Source: an uncultured Verrucomicrobiae bacterium (GTDB taxonomy: Bacteria > Verrucomicrobiota > Verrucomicrobiia > Chthoniobacterales > Chthoniobacteraceae). From it: a stretch of DNA of 64,000 nucleotides. How positions within the stretch are numbered: the stretch's first letter is position 1; each line of letters begins with the position of its first letter. The translations under genes and the position numbers were made by a program. The notes beneath the pieces were generated by a model. The model was not told where the DNA came from. It made no database searches and worked only from the letters and a program-made list of their open reading frames with translations. The stretch covers positions 544,001 through 608,000 of the forward strand of contig CAWIKF010000002.1 of the NCBI GenBank assembly GCA_963836755.1, given 5' to 3'. This document shows, piece by piece, positions 49,291 through 58,933 of the stretch.

Positions 49291-51069
49291 TTAGAAACTG
49301 CGGCCTGCGGCCATGAGGAAGTGCTCGACGATCGGGCCGAGCGAGAGCACCGGGAAAAAGGTGAGACCGGCGACGATCACGACCACGCTGACGAGCAGCA
49401 CGGAGAAAGTGGGGCCGTTCGTCGGGAACGTGCCGGAACTCGGCGGCGCGACTTTTTTCCGCGCCATGTTGCTGGCGATGGCGAGCACCGGAACGATGAT
49501 CAGGAACCGCCCCAAAAACATGCCGGCGGCGAGCAGGTAATTGTAGAAACCGGTGTTCACCGTGAGGCCGGCGAAGGCGCTGCCGTTGTTCCCCGCCGCG
49601 CTCGTGAAGGCGTAGAGAATTTCGCTCAAACCATGCGGACCGTTGTTATTCAAACCGGCCAGCCCGGCGGGTGCGACGACACCAATTGCCGCGCCGATGA
49701 GAATGAGCGCGCACGGTGCGAGGATCGCCACGATGGCCCAGCGAATTTCCGGCGCTTCGATTTTTTTGCCGAGATATTCCGGCGTCCGCCCGACCATCAA
49801 CCCGGCGATGAAAACCGTGAGCAAAACGAACATCAGCATTCCGTAAAGTCCGCAGCCGATACCGCCGAAAACGATCTCGCCGAGCTGGATGTTCAGCATC
49901 GCGACGAGGCCGGCGATAGGCGACAGCGAGTCGTGCATCGCATTCACGGATCCGTTGGAAGTCGCAGTCGTGGCGGTGCTCCAGAGCACGCTGTTCATCA
50001 CGCCGAAGCGCTGCTCTTTTCCTTCCAGCGAGCCGGCGAGATGCGTGACGGGATTCATCTGCGCCTCGGCGCTCCACGACGCGGCGAAGCCGATGAGAAA
50101 TAGCACGAGCATCGCCGTCCAGATCGCCCAGCCCTGGCGCTTGTCGCCGACGAGTATTCCGTAGGTGTAAACCAGCGCGCTCGGGATCGCGAGGATCGCG
50201 AGCATTTCCAAAAAGTTCGTCAGCGGCGTCGGATTTTCAAAAGGGTGCGCGCTGTTCTGGCCAAAAAATCCGCCGCCGTTTGTGCCGAGTTGTTTGATCG
50301 CGATTTGCGACGCGGCGGGGCCTTGCGGGATCGTTTGCTCGGTCACGGTTTGTTCTTCCATCACCGGATTTCCCACTGCGTCTTTTACGGCAGCGCCGCT
50401 CGCATCCACTTTCGCGATCTGGGTTTTGTAAGGCGCGATCAGCGTCGCCGTATCGTATGCGCGGAAGTTTTGGATCACGCCTTGCGAGACCAGGACGAGC
50501 GCGAAAACAAACGCGAGCGGCAGCAAGACATAGAGCGTCGAGCGCGTGAGATCTGCCCAGAAATTTCCGAGTGTGTTCGATTGCTTCCGAGTTAAGCCGC
50601 GCACCAGCGCGAGCAGCACAGCGATGCCAGTCGCGGCGCTGGTGAAATTGTGCACCGCGAGCCCGCACATTTGCGTGAGGTAACTCATCGTCGCCTCGCC
50701 GGAATACGCCTGCCAATTCGTGTTCGTCATGAATGACACCGCGGTGTTCAGCGCGAGCGCGAACGGCACATTCGGCAAGTGCTGCGGATTCAGCGGCAAC
50801 CACGCTTGCGTCATCATTTGCGCGAGCGTCAGCAGGGAGCCGGCGAAATTAAACGCGAGCAACGCGCCGAGATACGCGAGCCACGTCATCTCCCGCTTCG
50901 CGTCGATGCCGCTCGTTTTGTAAATCAGCTTTTCAATCGGCCCGAGCAGCGGCGAAAGAAACGTGCGCTTGCCTTCAAAAACTCGCGCCATGAAGCCGCC
51001 GAGGATCGGCGTGAGCAAAATGACCGCGCCGAGATAAAGCGCCAGTTGGATGAAATCGCGTTCGTGCAT
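49291..51069 (-). CDS. kdpA: K+-transporting ATPase subunit A
   Basis: [51 protein letters not shown]. Confidence 0.97.
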   Translation of the reverse strand: MHERDFIQLALYLGAVILLTPILGGFMARVFEGKRTFLSPLLGPIEKLIYKTSGIDAKREMTWLAYLGALLAFNFAGSLLTLAQMMTQAWLPLNPQHLPNVPFALALNTAVSFMTNTNWQAYSGEATMSYLTQMCGLAVHNFTSAATGIAVLLALVRGLTRKQSNTLGNFWADLTRSTLYVLLPLAFVFALVLVSQGVIQNFRAYDTATLIAPYKTQIAKVDASGAAVKDAVGNPVMEEQTVTEQTIPQGPAASQIAIKQLGTNGGGFFGQNSAHPFENPTPLTNFLEMLAILAIPSALVYTYGILVGDKRQGWAIWTAMLVLFLIGFAASWSAEAQMNPVTHLAGSLEGKEQRFGVMNSVLWSTATTATSNGSVNAMHDSLSPIAGLVAMLNIQLGEIVFGGIGCGLYGMLMFVLLTVFIAGLMVGRTPEYLGKKIEAPEIRWAIVAILAPCALILIGAAIGVVAPAGLAGLNNNGPHGLSEILYAFTSAAGNNGSAFAGLTVNTGFYNYLLAAGMFLGRFLIIVPVLAIASNMARKKVAPPSSGTFPTNGPTFSVLLVSVVVIVAGLTFFPVLSLGPIVEHFLMAAGRSF

Positions 51070-51125
51070 GAGCCCAGCATCGAACGCGAATGGGCGAGAG
51101 CGTTAATTAAACAAGGACCGGAAAG

Positions 51126-51143
51126 CATTAAAAAAACATTAAA
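51126..51143 (-). promoter_or_regulatory. Putative KdpE-binding T-rich direct repeat
   Basis: TTTAATG-TTTT-TTTAATG on the minus strand (11-bp period), about 57-74 nt upstream of kdpA; resembles the T-rich KdpE box. Confidence 0.55.
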
Positions 51144-51204
51144 ACGCCGTGGTTCCATCAGGCTCGGATTGCGCATTTAACAGCGTCTTACGGCTCTCAA
51201 TTTC

Positions 51205-51346
51205 CGCGCCGAGAGTCGAGGCTCTGGAGTGCGGGAACACGCCGAACGTCTTGTTTGCGCATTATCATGAACTGGTCACTCCGCAGCAGGCGCAGGAATG
51301 GTTCAGTATCTTTGCATCCGCAAACTATCCAATGTCTGGTCGATAG
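51205..51346 (+). pseudogene. C-terminal remnant of a tyrosine recombinase/integrase
   Basis: ALECGNTPNVLFAHYHELVTPQQAQEWFSI resembles the box II/catalytic-Tyr tail of phage-type integrases; the N-terminus is missing. Confidence 0.65.
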
Positions 51347-51413
51347 GCGCTCCAAGCATGTAACCAAGCGGCGGTGGAAGTTGAGCTTCGCTGCTTAGTG
51401 TCACGCATGGCGA

Positions 51414-51435
51414 ATTGTCGTGCCGGCACGACAAT
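51414..51435. promoter_or_regulatory. Perfect 22-bp palindrome (operator or hairpin)
   Basis: ATTGTCGTGCCGGCACGACAAT equals its own reverse complement. Confidence 0.45.
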
Positions 51436-51557
51436 CTAACCTTCCGGGCGTTGCGAGATGGACAGGAATTCAGCGGCAGAAAAATCCGTGATCAAGCAGC
51501 GCCAGCCCGGACATAAGCCGATACCGTCTGCGGCGAGCGTTATACTGCTGAAACAAC

Positions 51558-52352
51558 ATGATCCTTCTTGCTGCCGCATTCATGAGTGGTGTGCCCGTAT
51601 GGTTGCGCGCGGGCATCTGGGGCTTTGTCGCTGGCGCCGCGTTGATTCTGGGCGCTGCGGTGGCGTGGCTTGTGGCGGTGCCGGTGCGACTGATTGCCGC
51701 GATCATGGCTTTTGGCAGCGGCGTCCTGATCTCCGCGCTGGCATTTGATCTGATGGATGAAGCTTATAAACGCGGCGGTTTTGATTCGACAGCCATCGGT
51801 TTTCTCGGCGGCTCGATTGTCTATACAGCCGCCAACTGGCTGCTTGCCCATCACGGCGCGAAGCATCGCAAACGCTCCGGTCACAAGCAGCAGCAACCAT
51901 CGGAAGAAGACCGCAGCGGCAGCGGCGTCGCCATTGCCGTCGGCGCGCTGCTCGATGGGATCCCGGAGTCAATCGTCATCGGACTGAGTCTGCTTAAAGG
52001 TGGTGCGGTCAGTTCCGTGGCGGTCATCGCAATTTTCCTTTCCAACATCCCCGAAGGTCTCTCCAGTGCCGCCGGGATGAAAAAGGCGGGACGCCCGGCG
52101 GCTTACGTTTTTGGCGTGTGGGGCGGCATCGCGCTTGTCTCCGGCGTTGCCGCACTCTTGGGCTACAGCGTGTTCGGAAATTTCTCGGATGAAATCGTCG
52201 CCGCGACCACGGCAACTGCCGCCGGCGCGATTCTTTCCATGCTCGCGGATACGATGATTCCCGAGGCTTTCGAGGAAGCGCATGATTTTGCGGGACTGAT
52301 CACTGTCGCCGGATTTCTCGCGGCCTTTGTGCTGACGAAGATCGGAGGATGA
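51558..52352 (+). CDS. ZIP-family metal transporter
   Basis: MAFGSGVLISALAFDL, His/Lys-rich loop, LDGIPES, SNIPEGLSS, DTMIPEAF. TATACT at 51541. Start 51558 or 51582. Confidence 0.9.
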   Translation: MILLAAAFMSGVPVWLRAGIWGFVAGAALILGAAVAWLVAVPVRLIAAIMAFGSGVLISALAFDLMDEAYKRGGFDSTAIGFLGGSIVYTAANWLLAHHGAKHRKRSGHKQQQPSEEDRSGSGVAIAVGALLDGIPESIVIGLSLLKGGAVSSVAVIAIFLSNIPEGLSSAAGMKKAGRPAAYVFGVWGGIALVSGVAALLGYSVFGNFSDEIVAATTATAAGAILSMLADTMIPEAFEEAHDFAGLITVAGFLAAFVLTKIGG

Positions 52353-52367
52353 GCTGCGATTCCCGCA

Positions 52368-52710
52368 ATGGAAACCATCGCCGAAAAGTTTCACAAGATT
52401 CATGATCGCGGACGGCCTTTTATCAGCACATGTCTCTACGGATTGGTTGCGAGTCTGGCAGCGGTGGGATTTCAACTGCTGATCAACTGGCTCTACGACT
52501 TCTGCTACAAATCCCGGGCTGGCTACGGGTTCTGGCAGTTCGCCGGAATCACGCTTGCGGCCATGACCGTTTCCTCGTTGGCACCCGAATGACTTTTAAA
52601 TTCGTTTTGTCCGCAAGCGGCTGGTAGCGGGATTCCACAGGTCAAGCTGGCGTTTTGGAAAGAGTTTGGTTTTAGTTTGCGCCGCATCGCGTGGATTAAA
52701 TTTGTCGCCG
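52368..52710 (+). pseudogene. CLC chloride channel/antiporter, in-frame TGA and 3' truncation
   Basis: After TGA at 52590-52592 the same frame continues LLNSFCPQAAGSGIPQVKLAFW..WIKFVA (GSGIP motif). The GREGP motif never follows. Confidence 0.8.
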
Positions 52711-52900
52711 ACGCTTGGGACGGATTATTTGAACGTTATGGCGCGGGATTTCGTCAAATAATTAGAAGGCATTCGACCGGAACCGCGACTATTTAACCGC
52801 GTTACTGGTATGCGCCACGGAAATCAAACCGCAAGCGGATTAGCCGGCTGAGTGCCAGGAGTCCAGTGGCGAAACCGGGAGATGCGGAAGCTATACTGTC

Positions 52901-53824
52901 ATGAAACATATCGCGCTGATCACGGCTATGGCTGGACTGGCTCTTGGAACGCCAGCCATTACTTTAGCCGAACAATCTAATACTACGTCTAAACCTGCTA
53001 CTTCATCGGCCACGGAATCCAAGTGGTCTGAACGATGGCAGAAACTGGAGAACGAGTTGGACAAGCTATTCCACGATACTGCGTCCAAGCTAACACCCGG
53101 CGCTACGGAGAAAGGACTGACTTTTAGTTCGTCGGTGGATGTCCGGGAAAACTCGGATGCTTATGTGGCGCGGATTTATTTGCCGAAAAGCGATGAGTCC
53201 AAAGTAAAAGTCACGTTTGAACACGGAACGCTCCATATCTCGTCCACCGATAAGGCAGCCGGCTCCTATGACGAGAACATTGCCATTCCTGGCCCGGTGA
53301 CAGCAGACAAAATGAAAGTGGAGCATAAGGAAGGGCTTGTTGTAGTGACTTTGCCGAAACAATCGGCCAGCGTCGCCGCAATCCCAACGCCTGCGCCAGC
53401 GTTTGAACCGTGGACAGAGGGCTGGGATCGGCAGGTCGTCCGCGAGATTCAGCGGATGCAGGACAGAATGGATCAGCTCACACGCGATCTAACGCCAGGA
53501 GTGCCAAATCAAGGAGCTATCACTCAGCAGCCTTTCTTTGGCTCCACGGTGAACTTGGAGAATGAGAAGGATAACTATGTCGTGCACTTCTATTTGCCCG
53601 ACCGCGATCTTTCCAACGTAAAGGTGGAGATAAAGGATAACCAACTCCAACTCACCGCTTCAAAAGAGTCAAAGAAGGAGACTGCAGGTAAGACTGGCTC
53701 CAGTTCCGAATACTGCGCCGGGGAATATTCGCAAGCAATCACTCTGCCTGGCCCTGTCCATGCGGACAAAATGAAAATTGACCGCAAAGAGGGAACGGTT
53801 ACGGTGACGCTGCCAAAGGCGTAA
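52901..53824 (+). CDS. Exported protein with two tandem Hsp20/alpha-crystallin domains
   Basis: Signal peptide; two repeats of VD/NL.E..D.YV...LP..D...V.V..., each ending GxxxVTLPK. Confidence 0.85.
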   Translation: MKHIALITAMAGLALGTPAITLAEQSNTTSKPATSSATESKWSERWQKLENELDKLFHDTASKLTPGATEKGLTFSSSVDVRENSDAYVARIYLPKSDESKVKVTFEHGTLHISSTDKAAGSYDENIAIPGPVTADKMKVEHKEGLVVVTLPKQSASVAAIPTPAPAFEPWTEGWDRQVVREIQRMQDRMDQLTRDLTPGVPNQGAITQQPFFGSTVNLENEKDNYVVHFYLPDRDLSNVKVEIKDNQLQLTASKESKKETAGKTGSSSEYCAGEYSQAITLPGPVHADKMKIDRKEGTVTVTLPKA

Positions 53825-53843
53825 AGATCCTGTTTCGGAAAAT

Positions 53844-53867
53844 TAGCCCCGGCTTAACCCGGGGCTA
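53844..53867 (+). terminator. GC-rich hairpin after the Hsp20 gene
   Basis: TAGCCCCGG-CTTAAC-CCGGGGCTA; no clear U-tract. Confidence 0.5.
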
Positions 53868-54033
53868 CGGTGGCAAGATAAGGCGTTAAGGAATCACTCG
53901 TCCGTTTCGCGTAGAGCTAGGCGGATACCTGCGAGCAATTCGATCAAACCCACAATCCGCGGCGTGTCATTGCAAGCCCCACCAGTTCTTTGATTCGCCG
54001 CCAAAACATATCTTTTTGAGCTTCGATGTAACT

Positions 54034-54060
54034 TTAGCATGTTTCTTCTCCGCGTGCTAA
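54034..54060. promoter_or_regulatory. CIRCE-like inverted repeat
   Basis: TTAGCATGT-N9-GCGTGCTAA versus consensus TTAGCACTC-N9-GAGTGCTAA (6/9 and 8/9 matches, exact spacing). Confidence 0.45.
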
Positions 54061-54101
54061 AACAAGGCCATGTTTCAACTAAATGACCCGCCGCGCGTAT
54101 T

Positions 54102-56507
54102 TTGAATGAACTGCACGTCAATGCCGGGTTGACACAGCAGGAAGCCCAAAACCAGCTCGCGAAATTCGGCTACAACGAACTGCCGGAGAAAAAACGCAAT
54201 CCGCTGCTGGATTTGCTAATTCATTTTTGGGGACCAATTCCGTGGATGATTGAGGCGGCGGCGGTGCTCTCGGCGGTCGTTGGGCATTGGGCGGATTTCG
54301 TGATCATCACGGTGCTGCTGCTTGCGAATGCGGGTGTCGGTTTTTGGGAGGAATTTCAGGCCGGTAATGCCATCGCCGCGCTCAAGGCCACGCTCGCGCT
54401 GCAAGCGCGCGTGAAGCGTGAGGGCGTTTGGAAACCTCTGCCGGCGCGCGAATTGGTGCCGGGAGATTTGATTCGCCTTCGCATGGGCGACGTGGTGCCG
54501 GCGGACGCGACGCTCGAAGCAGGCGATCCGATTGAGGTGGATCAGTCCGCCCTCACGGGCGAGTCGCTGCCGGCTGAGAAAATGACGGGCGAGACGGTTT
54601 ATTCGGGTTCAATCGTGAAGGTGGGAGAGATCGAGGGCATCGTGTCGGCGACGGGACAGAAGACCTTTTTTGGAAAGACCGCCGCGCTGGTCGCGGGAGC
54701 GCCGAGTGCGAGTCACTTTCAAAAGGCGGTGCTCAAGATCGGAAATTATCTCATCGTGATTGCGGTCGTGCTCGTGGTGATGATCATCACCGTGGCGCTG
54801 TTTCGCGGTGACCACTTCGCGACGACACTGCAATTCGCGCTCGTGCTCACGGTGGCGGCGATCCCGGTGGCAATGCCGACGGTGCTTTCGGTCACAATGG
54901 CTGTCGGCGCGCGGCTGCTCGCGCGCAAACAGGCGATTGTCAGCCGGCTCGTGGCGATCGAGGAACTCGCGGGGATGGATGTTCTCTGCTCGGACAAAAC
55001 CGGCACGCTCACGCAAAACAAGCTGACGCTCGGCGACGCGTTTTGCGTCGAAGGCATTTCCACCGACGATGTCATCCTCGCGGGAGCGCTTGCGTCGCGC
55101 GCCGAGAATCAGGATTCCATCGATCTCGCGGTGCTTGGCGGATTGAAAAACAAAGACGCGCTGGCGGGTTTTGGCATCACGCATTTTCAGCCTTTCGATC
55201 CGGTTCACAAGCGCACCGAGGCCGACGTGCAGAAGGGGAGTGACGCGGCTTTCAAGGTCACGAAGGGCGCGCCGCAAGTCATCCTCGCGCTCGCCGCAAA
55301 TCGCGACGCGGTGCAGGCGGCGGTGGAAAATGCGGTTAACGAATTTGCGCGGCGCGGCTTTCGTTCGCTCGGCGTCGCGCGCACGGACGCGAAGGGCGCG
55401 TGGCAATTTCTCGGCGTGCTGCCGCTGTTCGATCCGCCGCGCGAGGATTCGGCGCAGACAATCAAGACCGCGAAACAAATGGGCGTGGCGGTGAAGATGG
55501 TCACCGGCGACGCGCTCGCGATCGGAAAGGAAATTGCCGGCAAAATCGGTCTCGGCACGAACCTGCTCGATGCGCGCGATTTTGGCGACACCGCGCATCA
55601 AGCGGACGCGCATCTCGACGACACCATTGAGCACGCGGACGGTTTCGCCCAGGTTTTCCCCGCGCACAAATATCACATCGTAGAAGTGCTCCAGCGCCAC
55701 AACCACATCGTCGGCATGACCGGCGATGGCGTGAACGATGCGCCGGCGCTGAAGAAAGCCGATTGCGGCATCGCCGTATCGGGCGCGACCGACGCCGCGC
55801 GCGCCGCAGCGGCCATCGTGCTGCTGACGCCCGGCCTCTCTGTGATCATCGATGCGATCAAGGAGAGCCGAAGAATTTTCCAGCGGATGAACAGCTACGC
55901 GATCTACCGCATCGCGGAAACGATCCGCGTGCTTCTTTTTATGACGCTGGCGATTCTGATCTTTAACTTCTATCCGCTCACGGCGGTCATGATCGTGATG
56001 CTGGCGCTGCTCAACGACGGCGCGATCCTGTCCATTGCCTACGACAATGTTCATTACAAGGATCAGCCCGAGGCCTGGAACATGCGCGTGGTGCTGGGAA
56101 TCTCCACGGTGCTGGGCGTTATCGGAGTCGTCTCCGCCTTCGGCCTGTTCTATCTCGGTGAGCGCGTCTTTCACCTCGACCGCGCGCACATCCAGACGTT
56201 GATGTATTTGAAGCTGTCCGTGGCCGGACACCTGACGATCTTCCTTACACGCACTCGCGGCCCGTTCTGGTCCATCCGCCCTGCACGGATATTGTGGGTA
56301 GCCGTCGTCGGCACTCAAATCATAGCGACGTTGATTGCAGTCTATGGGGTGTTTATGACGCCGCTCGGCTGGGGTTGGACTGGGTTCGTTTGGAGTTACG
56401 CGCTGGTGTGGTTCCTGATCAATGACCGCATCAAGCTCATCGCTTATCACATCTTTGATCCGGTGGATGGGGCAGCGGCCCCGATCCGCCCGGTCATGCC
56501 CCGATGA
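54102..56507 (+). CDS. Plasma-membrane-type proton-efflux P-type ATPase (P3A)
   Basis: FWGPIPWMIEAAA, DQSALTGESLP, IPVAMPTVLSVTMA, CSDKTGTLT, MVTGD, GDGVNDAPALKKAD, YAIYRI, LLNDGAILSIAYD. TTG start. Confidence 0.93.
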   Translation: MNELHVNAGLTQQEAQNQLAKFGYNELPEKKRNPLLDLLIHFWGPIPWMIEAAAVLSAVVGHWADFVIITVLLLANAGVGFWEEFQAGNAIAALKATLALQARVKREGVWKPLPARELVPGDLIRLRMGDVVPADATLEAGDPIEVDQSALTGESLPAEKMTGETVYSGSIVKVGEIEGIVSATGQKTFFGKTAALVAGAPSASHFQKAVLKIGNYLIVIAVVLVVMIITVALFRGDHFATTLQFALVLTVAAIPVAMPTVLSVTMAVGARLLARKQAIVSRLVAIEELAGMDVLCSDKTGTLTQNKLTLGDAFCVEGISTDDVILAGALASRAENQDSIDLAVLGGLKNKDALAGFGITHFQPFDPVHKRTEADVQKGSDAAFKVTKGAPQVILALAANRDAVQAAVENAVNEFARRGFRSLGVARTDAKGAWQFLGVLPLFDPPREDSAQTIKTAKQMGVAVKMVTGDALAIGKEIAGKIGLGTNLLDARDFGDTAHQADAHLDDTIEHADGFAQVFPAHKYHIVEVLQRHNHIVGMTGDGVNDAPALKKADCGIAVSGATDAARAAAAIVLLTPGLSVIIDAIKESRRIFQRMNSYAIYRIAETIRVLLFMTLAILIFNFYPLTAVMIVMLALLNDGAILSIAYDNVHYKDQPEAWNMRVVLGISTVLGVIGVVSAFGLFYLGERVFHLDRAHIQTLMYLKLSVAGHLTIFLTRTRGPFWSIRPARILWVAVVGTQIIATLIAVYGVFMTPLGWGWTGFVWSYALVWFLINDRIKLIAYHIFDPVDGAAAPIRPVMPR

Positions 56508-57640
56508 GTGGCTTTCGATTGACGCGCCTTGGTCTGATAATGGAGCCTGAGCCGGGCAACCCGCAGGAGATCGAAGGTGTCCTGAATCCCGCCGCCGCCC
56601 GCGGTCCCGATGGCAATCTCCATCTGTTTCCACGGCTCGTCGCGCGAGGCAACTATTCGCGCATCGGCATCGCCCGGGTTCTGTTTAACGACGACGGCGA
56701 CCCGTCCGGAGTCGAGCGACTCGGCATCGCGCTTGAACCTGAAGCGGATTACGAGCGGCAAGCCGATGGCATCGGCGGCTGTGAAGACCCTCGCATCACG
56801 TTCGTCGAACCGCTTGGGCAATACGTGATGGCCTACACGGCTCTCTCATCGAGAGGCCCGCGGATCGCATTGGCCGTATCGGAAGATTTGTTCCACTGGC
56901 GCCGGTTAGGGCTGGCTACCTTCGAGCCCTATGAAGGCATTGAGTTCAATGGCGTGGACAATAAGGATGCCAGCATCTTCCCGGTTGCGGTTCCAGATCC
57001 ATCAGGACACCCGGCGCTGGCGATCCTGCATCGGCCGCTTTTTCCCGGAACTCGTCCAGAGGAAAAGGCGCGTGACCTGTCCTCCGGCGTAAAGGATCTC
57101 CATCGGGAAAGTATCTGGATTTCCTACAGTTCCAAGGCCATCGATAGTCGCGAGCCCTATCATCTATGCCACTTTACCTCGCATCATCGGCTGGCCACTC
57201 CGGTGTCGCCCTGGGAGCGGCTGAAAATCGGCGGTGGCACTCCTCCCATCGCGACCCACCATGGCTGGCTGATCCTTTACCATGGCGTGAGCGAAATGGC
57301 GGCCCCAATCAACGAAGCACGCCACCTAACTTACTCAGCGGGTGTAATGGTGCTCTCGAAAGAACATCCGCGCGTGATTCGCTATCGTTCGGTGGAGCCG
57401 GCGTTGACGCCGGAACTTCCACAAGAATGCACTGGAACCGTTGCCAACGTCGTCTTCCCAACCGGCATCGACCGGCGCGACGATCTTGGCTTACCGGATC
57501 GCTTCGACGTTTATTATGGAATGGCCGACAACCAGATCGGCGTGGCACGCCTTGACATGCCTGATTTCCTGCCGACGGAGGGAGTTGAGTTCAATCAGCA
57601 GGCTTTTGAAAATACATCCTTGGCCAAAGCCCCGGCATGA
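56504..57640 (+). CDS. GH130-like glycosidase/mannoside phosphorylase
   Basis: GVLNPAA, GCEDPRIT, NKDA, KIGGGTPPI, NVVFPTG, YYGMAD. Confidence 0.85.
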   Translation: MSGFRLTRLGLIMEPEPGNPQEIEGVLNPAAARGPDGNLHLFPRLVARGNYSRIGIARVLFNDDGDPSGVERLGIALEPEADYERQADGIGGCEDPRITFVEPLGQYVMAYTALSSRGPRIALAVSEDLFHWRRLGLATFEPYEGIEFNGVDNKDASIFPVAVPDPSGHPALAILHRPLFPGTRPEEKARDLSSGVKDLHRESIWISYSSKAIDSREPYHLCHFTSHHRLATPVSPWERLKIGGGTPPIATHHGWLILYHGVSEMAAPINEARHLTYSAGVMVLSKEHPRVIRYRSVEPALTPELPQECTGTVANVVFPTGIDRRDDLGLPDRFDVYYGMADNQIGVARLDMPDFLPTEGVEFNQQAFENTSLAKAPA

Positions 57641-58890
57641 GCGCCGCTATAACAACCCTTCCTTCCGAAACGCTGGCGGTGTTGGCTATCTTCGTGCTTA
57701 CTTATCTCGGCATCGCGTTGGGCCATGTGCCAGGATTGAAATTGAACCGCACTGGCATCGCGTTACTGGGTGCGATCGCAATCACGATCTTCTCCGGCCT
57801 TCCGACGCCAAAAGTAGTTAATCTCATCAACTGGCCGACCATTCTGCTCTTGTTCGGCTTTTTTGTGCTGTCGGCGCAACTGCGTCTGTCGGGTTTTTTC
57901 GAAATGGTCGCCAACAGCATTTCCGCCCGGCTCGGACATCCCGCGAGGTTCTTACTCATCTTAATGCTAGTGACTGCGGGGATGTCGGCCGTTCTAAACC
58001 ATGACATTATATGCTTCGTCTTCGCGCCAGTCGTGGCGACCTCGCTGCTTCGCAAGCAGCTCAATCCTGTCCCGTTTCTAATTGCGTTGGCGCTAGCCAG
58101 TAACATCGGCGCGGCTGCCACGCTGGTCGGCAATCCGCAAGACATGATGCTCGCCCAGATAGCAGGCTTGAACTTCGGACATTACCTCCTTTGGTGCATC
58201 ACGCCGGTGCTGTTTGCTCTAGGTTGCACCTATACGATCATTTGGACGATGTCCCGCCACAACCTGGCTTCCACTGTGTCGGTTCGGAGAAATGAGGAGC
58301 CCTCATTGCAACCATTCAACCGCGCGCATACCACCAAGGGGCTGGTTATCTTACTTTGGGTTATCGCGTTTTTCTTTACGTCGATACCTAAGGAAATCAT
58401 AGCTCTCACAGCCGCCGGCCTTCATCTCGCGAGCCCAAAATTTCGCACTGACGATATGTTGAAGCTGGTGGACTGGTCGATCCTGGTCCTATTTATGGCA
58501 CTATTCGTAGTGACCGGCGCATTTCAGGCTACGGGTTGCGCCGAACAAGCCATGCAATGGCTCGCACACGCCGGCATGAACCTCCAGTCGCCAGCCATTC
58601 TGGCCATAGTCACCGCTACCCTTTCCAACTTAATCAACAACTCTGCCGCAGTTCTGCTCCTCGCGAAAGTGGTTGACGTGACTCATCCGCCGACGGGCTA
58701 GGTGCTGGCCCTCGCCAATAGCTTTGGCGGCAGCCTTATCATCCTTGGCAGCGTATCGAACATCATCGTCGTTCAACAGGCACGCGAACTGGGAATCCAC
58801 ATTTCCTTCCGCGATTTTGCGCGTCTGGGCGTGCCGGTGACATTTGCCTCGATGATGGGACTCGTAGTATGGGTGAAGATAATGGCATGA
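57637..58890 (+). pseudogene. ArsB/NhaD/SLC13-type anion permease interrupted by in-frame TAG
   Basis: LALASNIGAAATLVGNPQD and SNLINNSAA; TAG at 58699-58701; the same frame continues VLALANSFGGSLIILGSVSNIIV..ISFRDFARLG to TGA 58890. Confidence 0.85.
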
Positions 58891-58933
58891 CTCACAAACG
58901 CAGCCGCAAGAGATTCGCCTGAAGGCAAGACCT

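Noticed and set aside
50925..51176. Possible kdpF
   Set aside because: No short hydrophobic helix with a KdpF-like C-terminus, and it overlaps kdpA out of frame.
52832..52858. CIRCE upstream of the Hsp20 gene
   Set aside because: Only a right half-site (GAGTGCCAG); no matching left arm at 9-bp spacing.
54609..56633. 674-aa minus-strand ORF
   Set aside because: Antisense shadow of the P-type ATPase.
41957..58701. Stop-codon reassignment suggested by in-frame TAG (x2) and TGA
   Set aside because: TAG and TGA end intact core genes (xylA and alpha-E with TAG; murE and lepA with TGA). No suppressor, Sec or Pyl machinery is seen, and the lesions co-occur with truncations.
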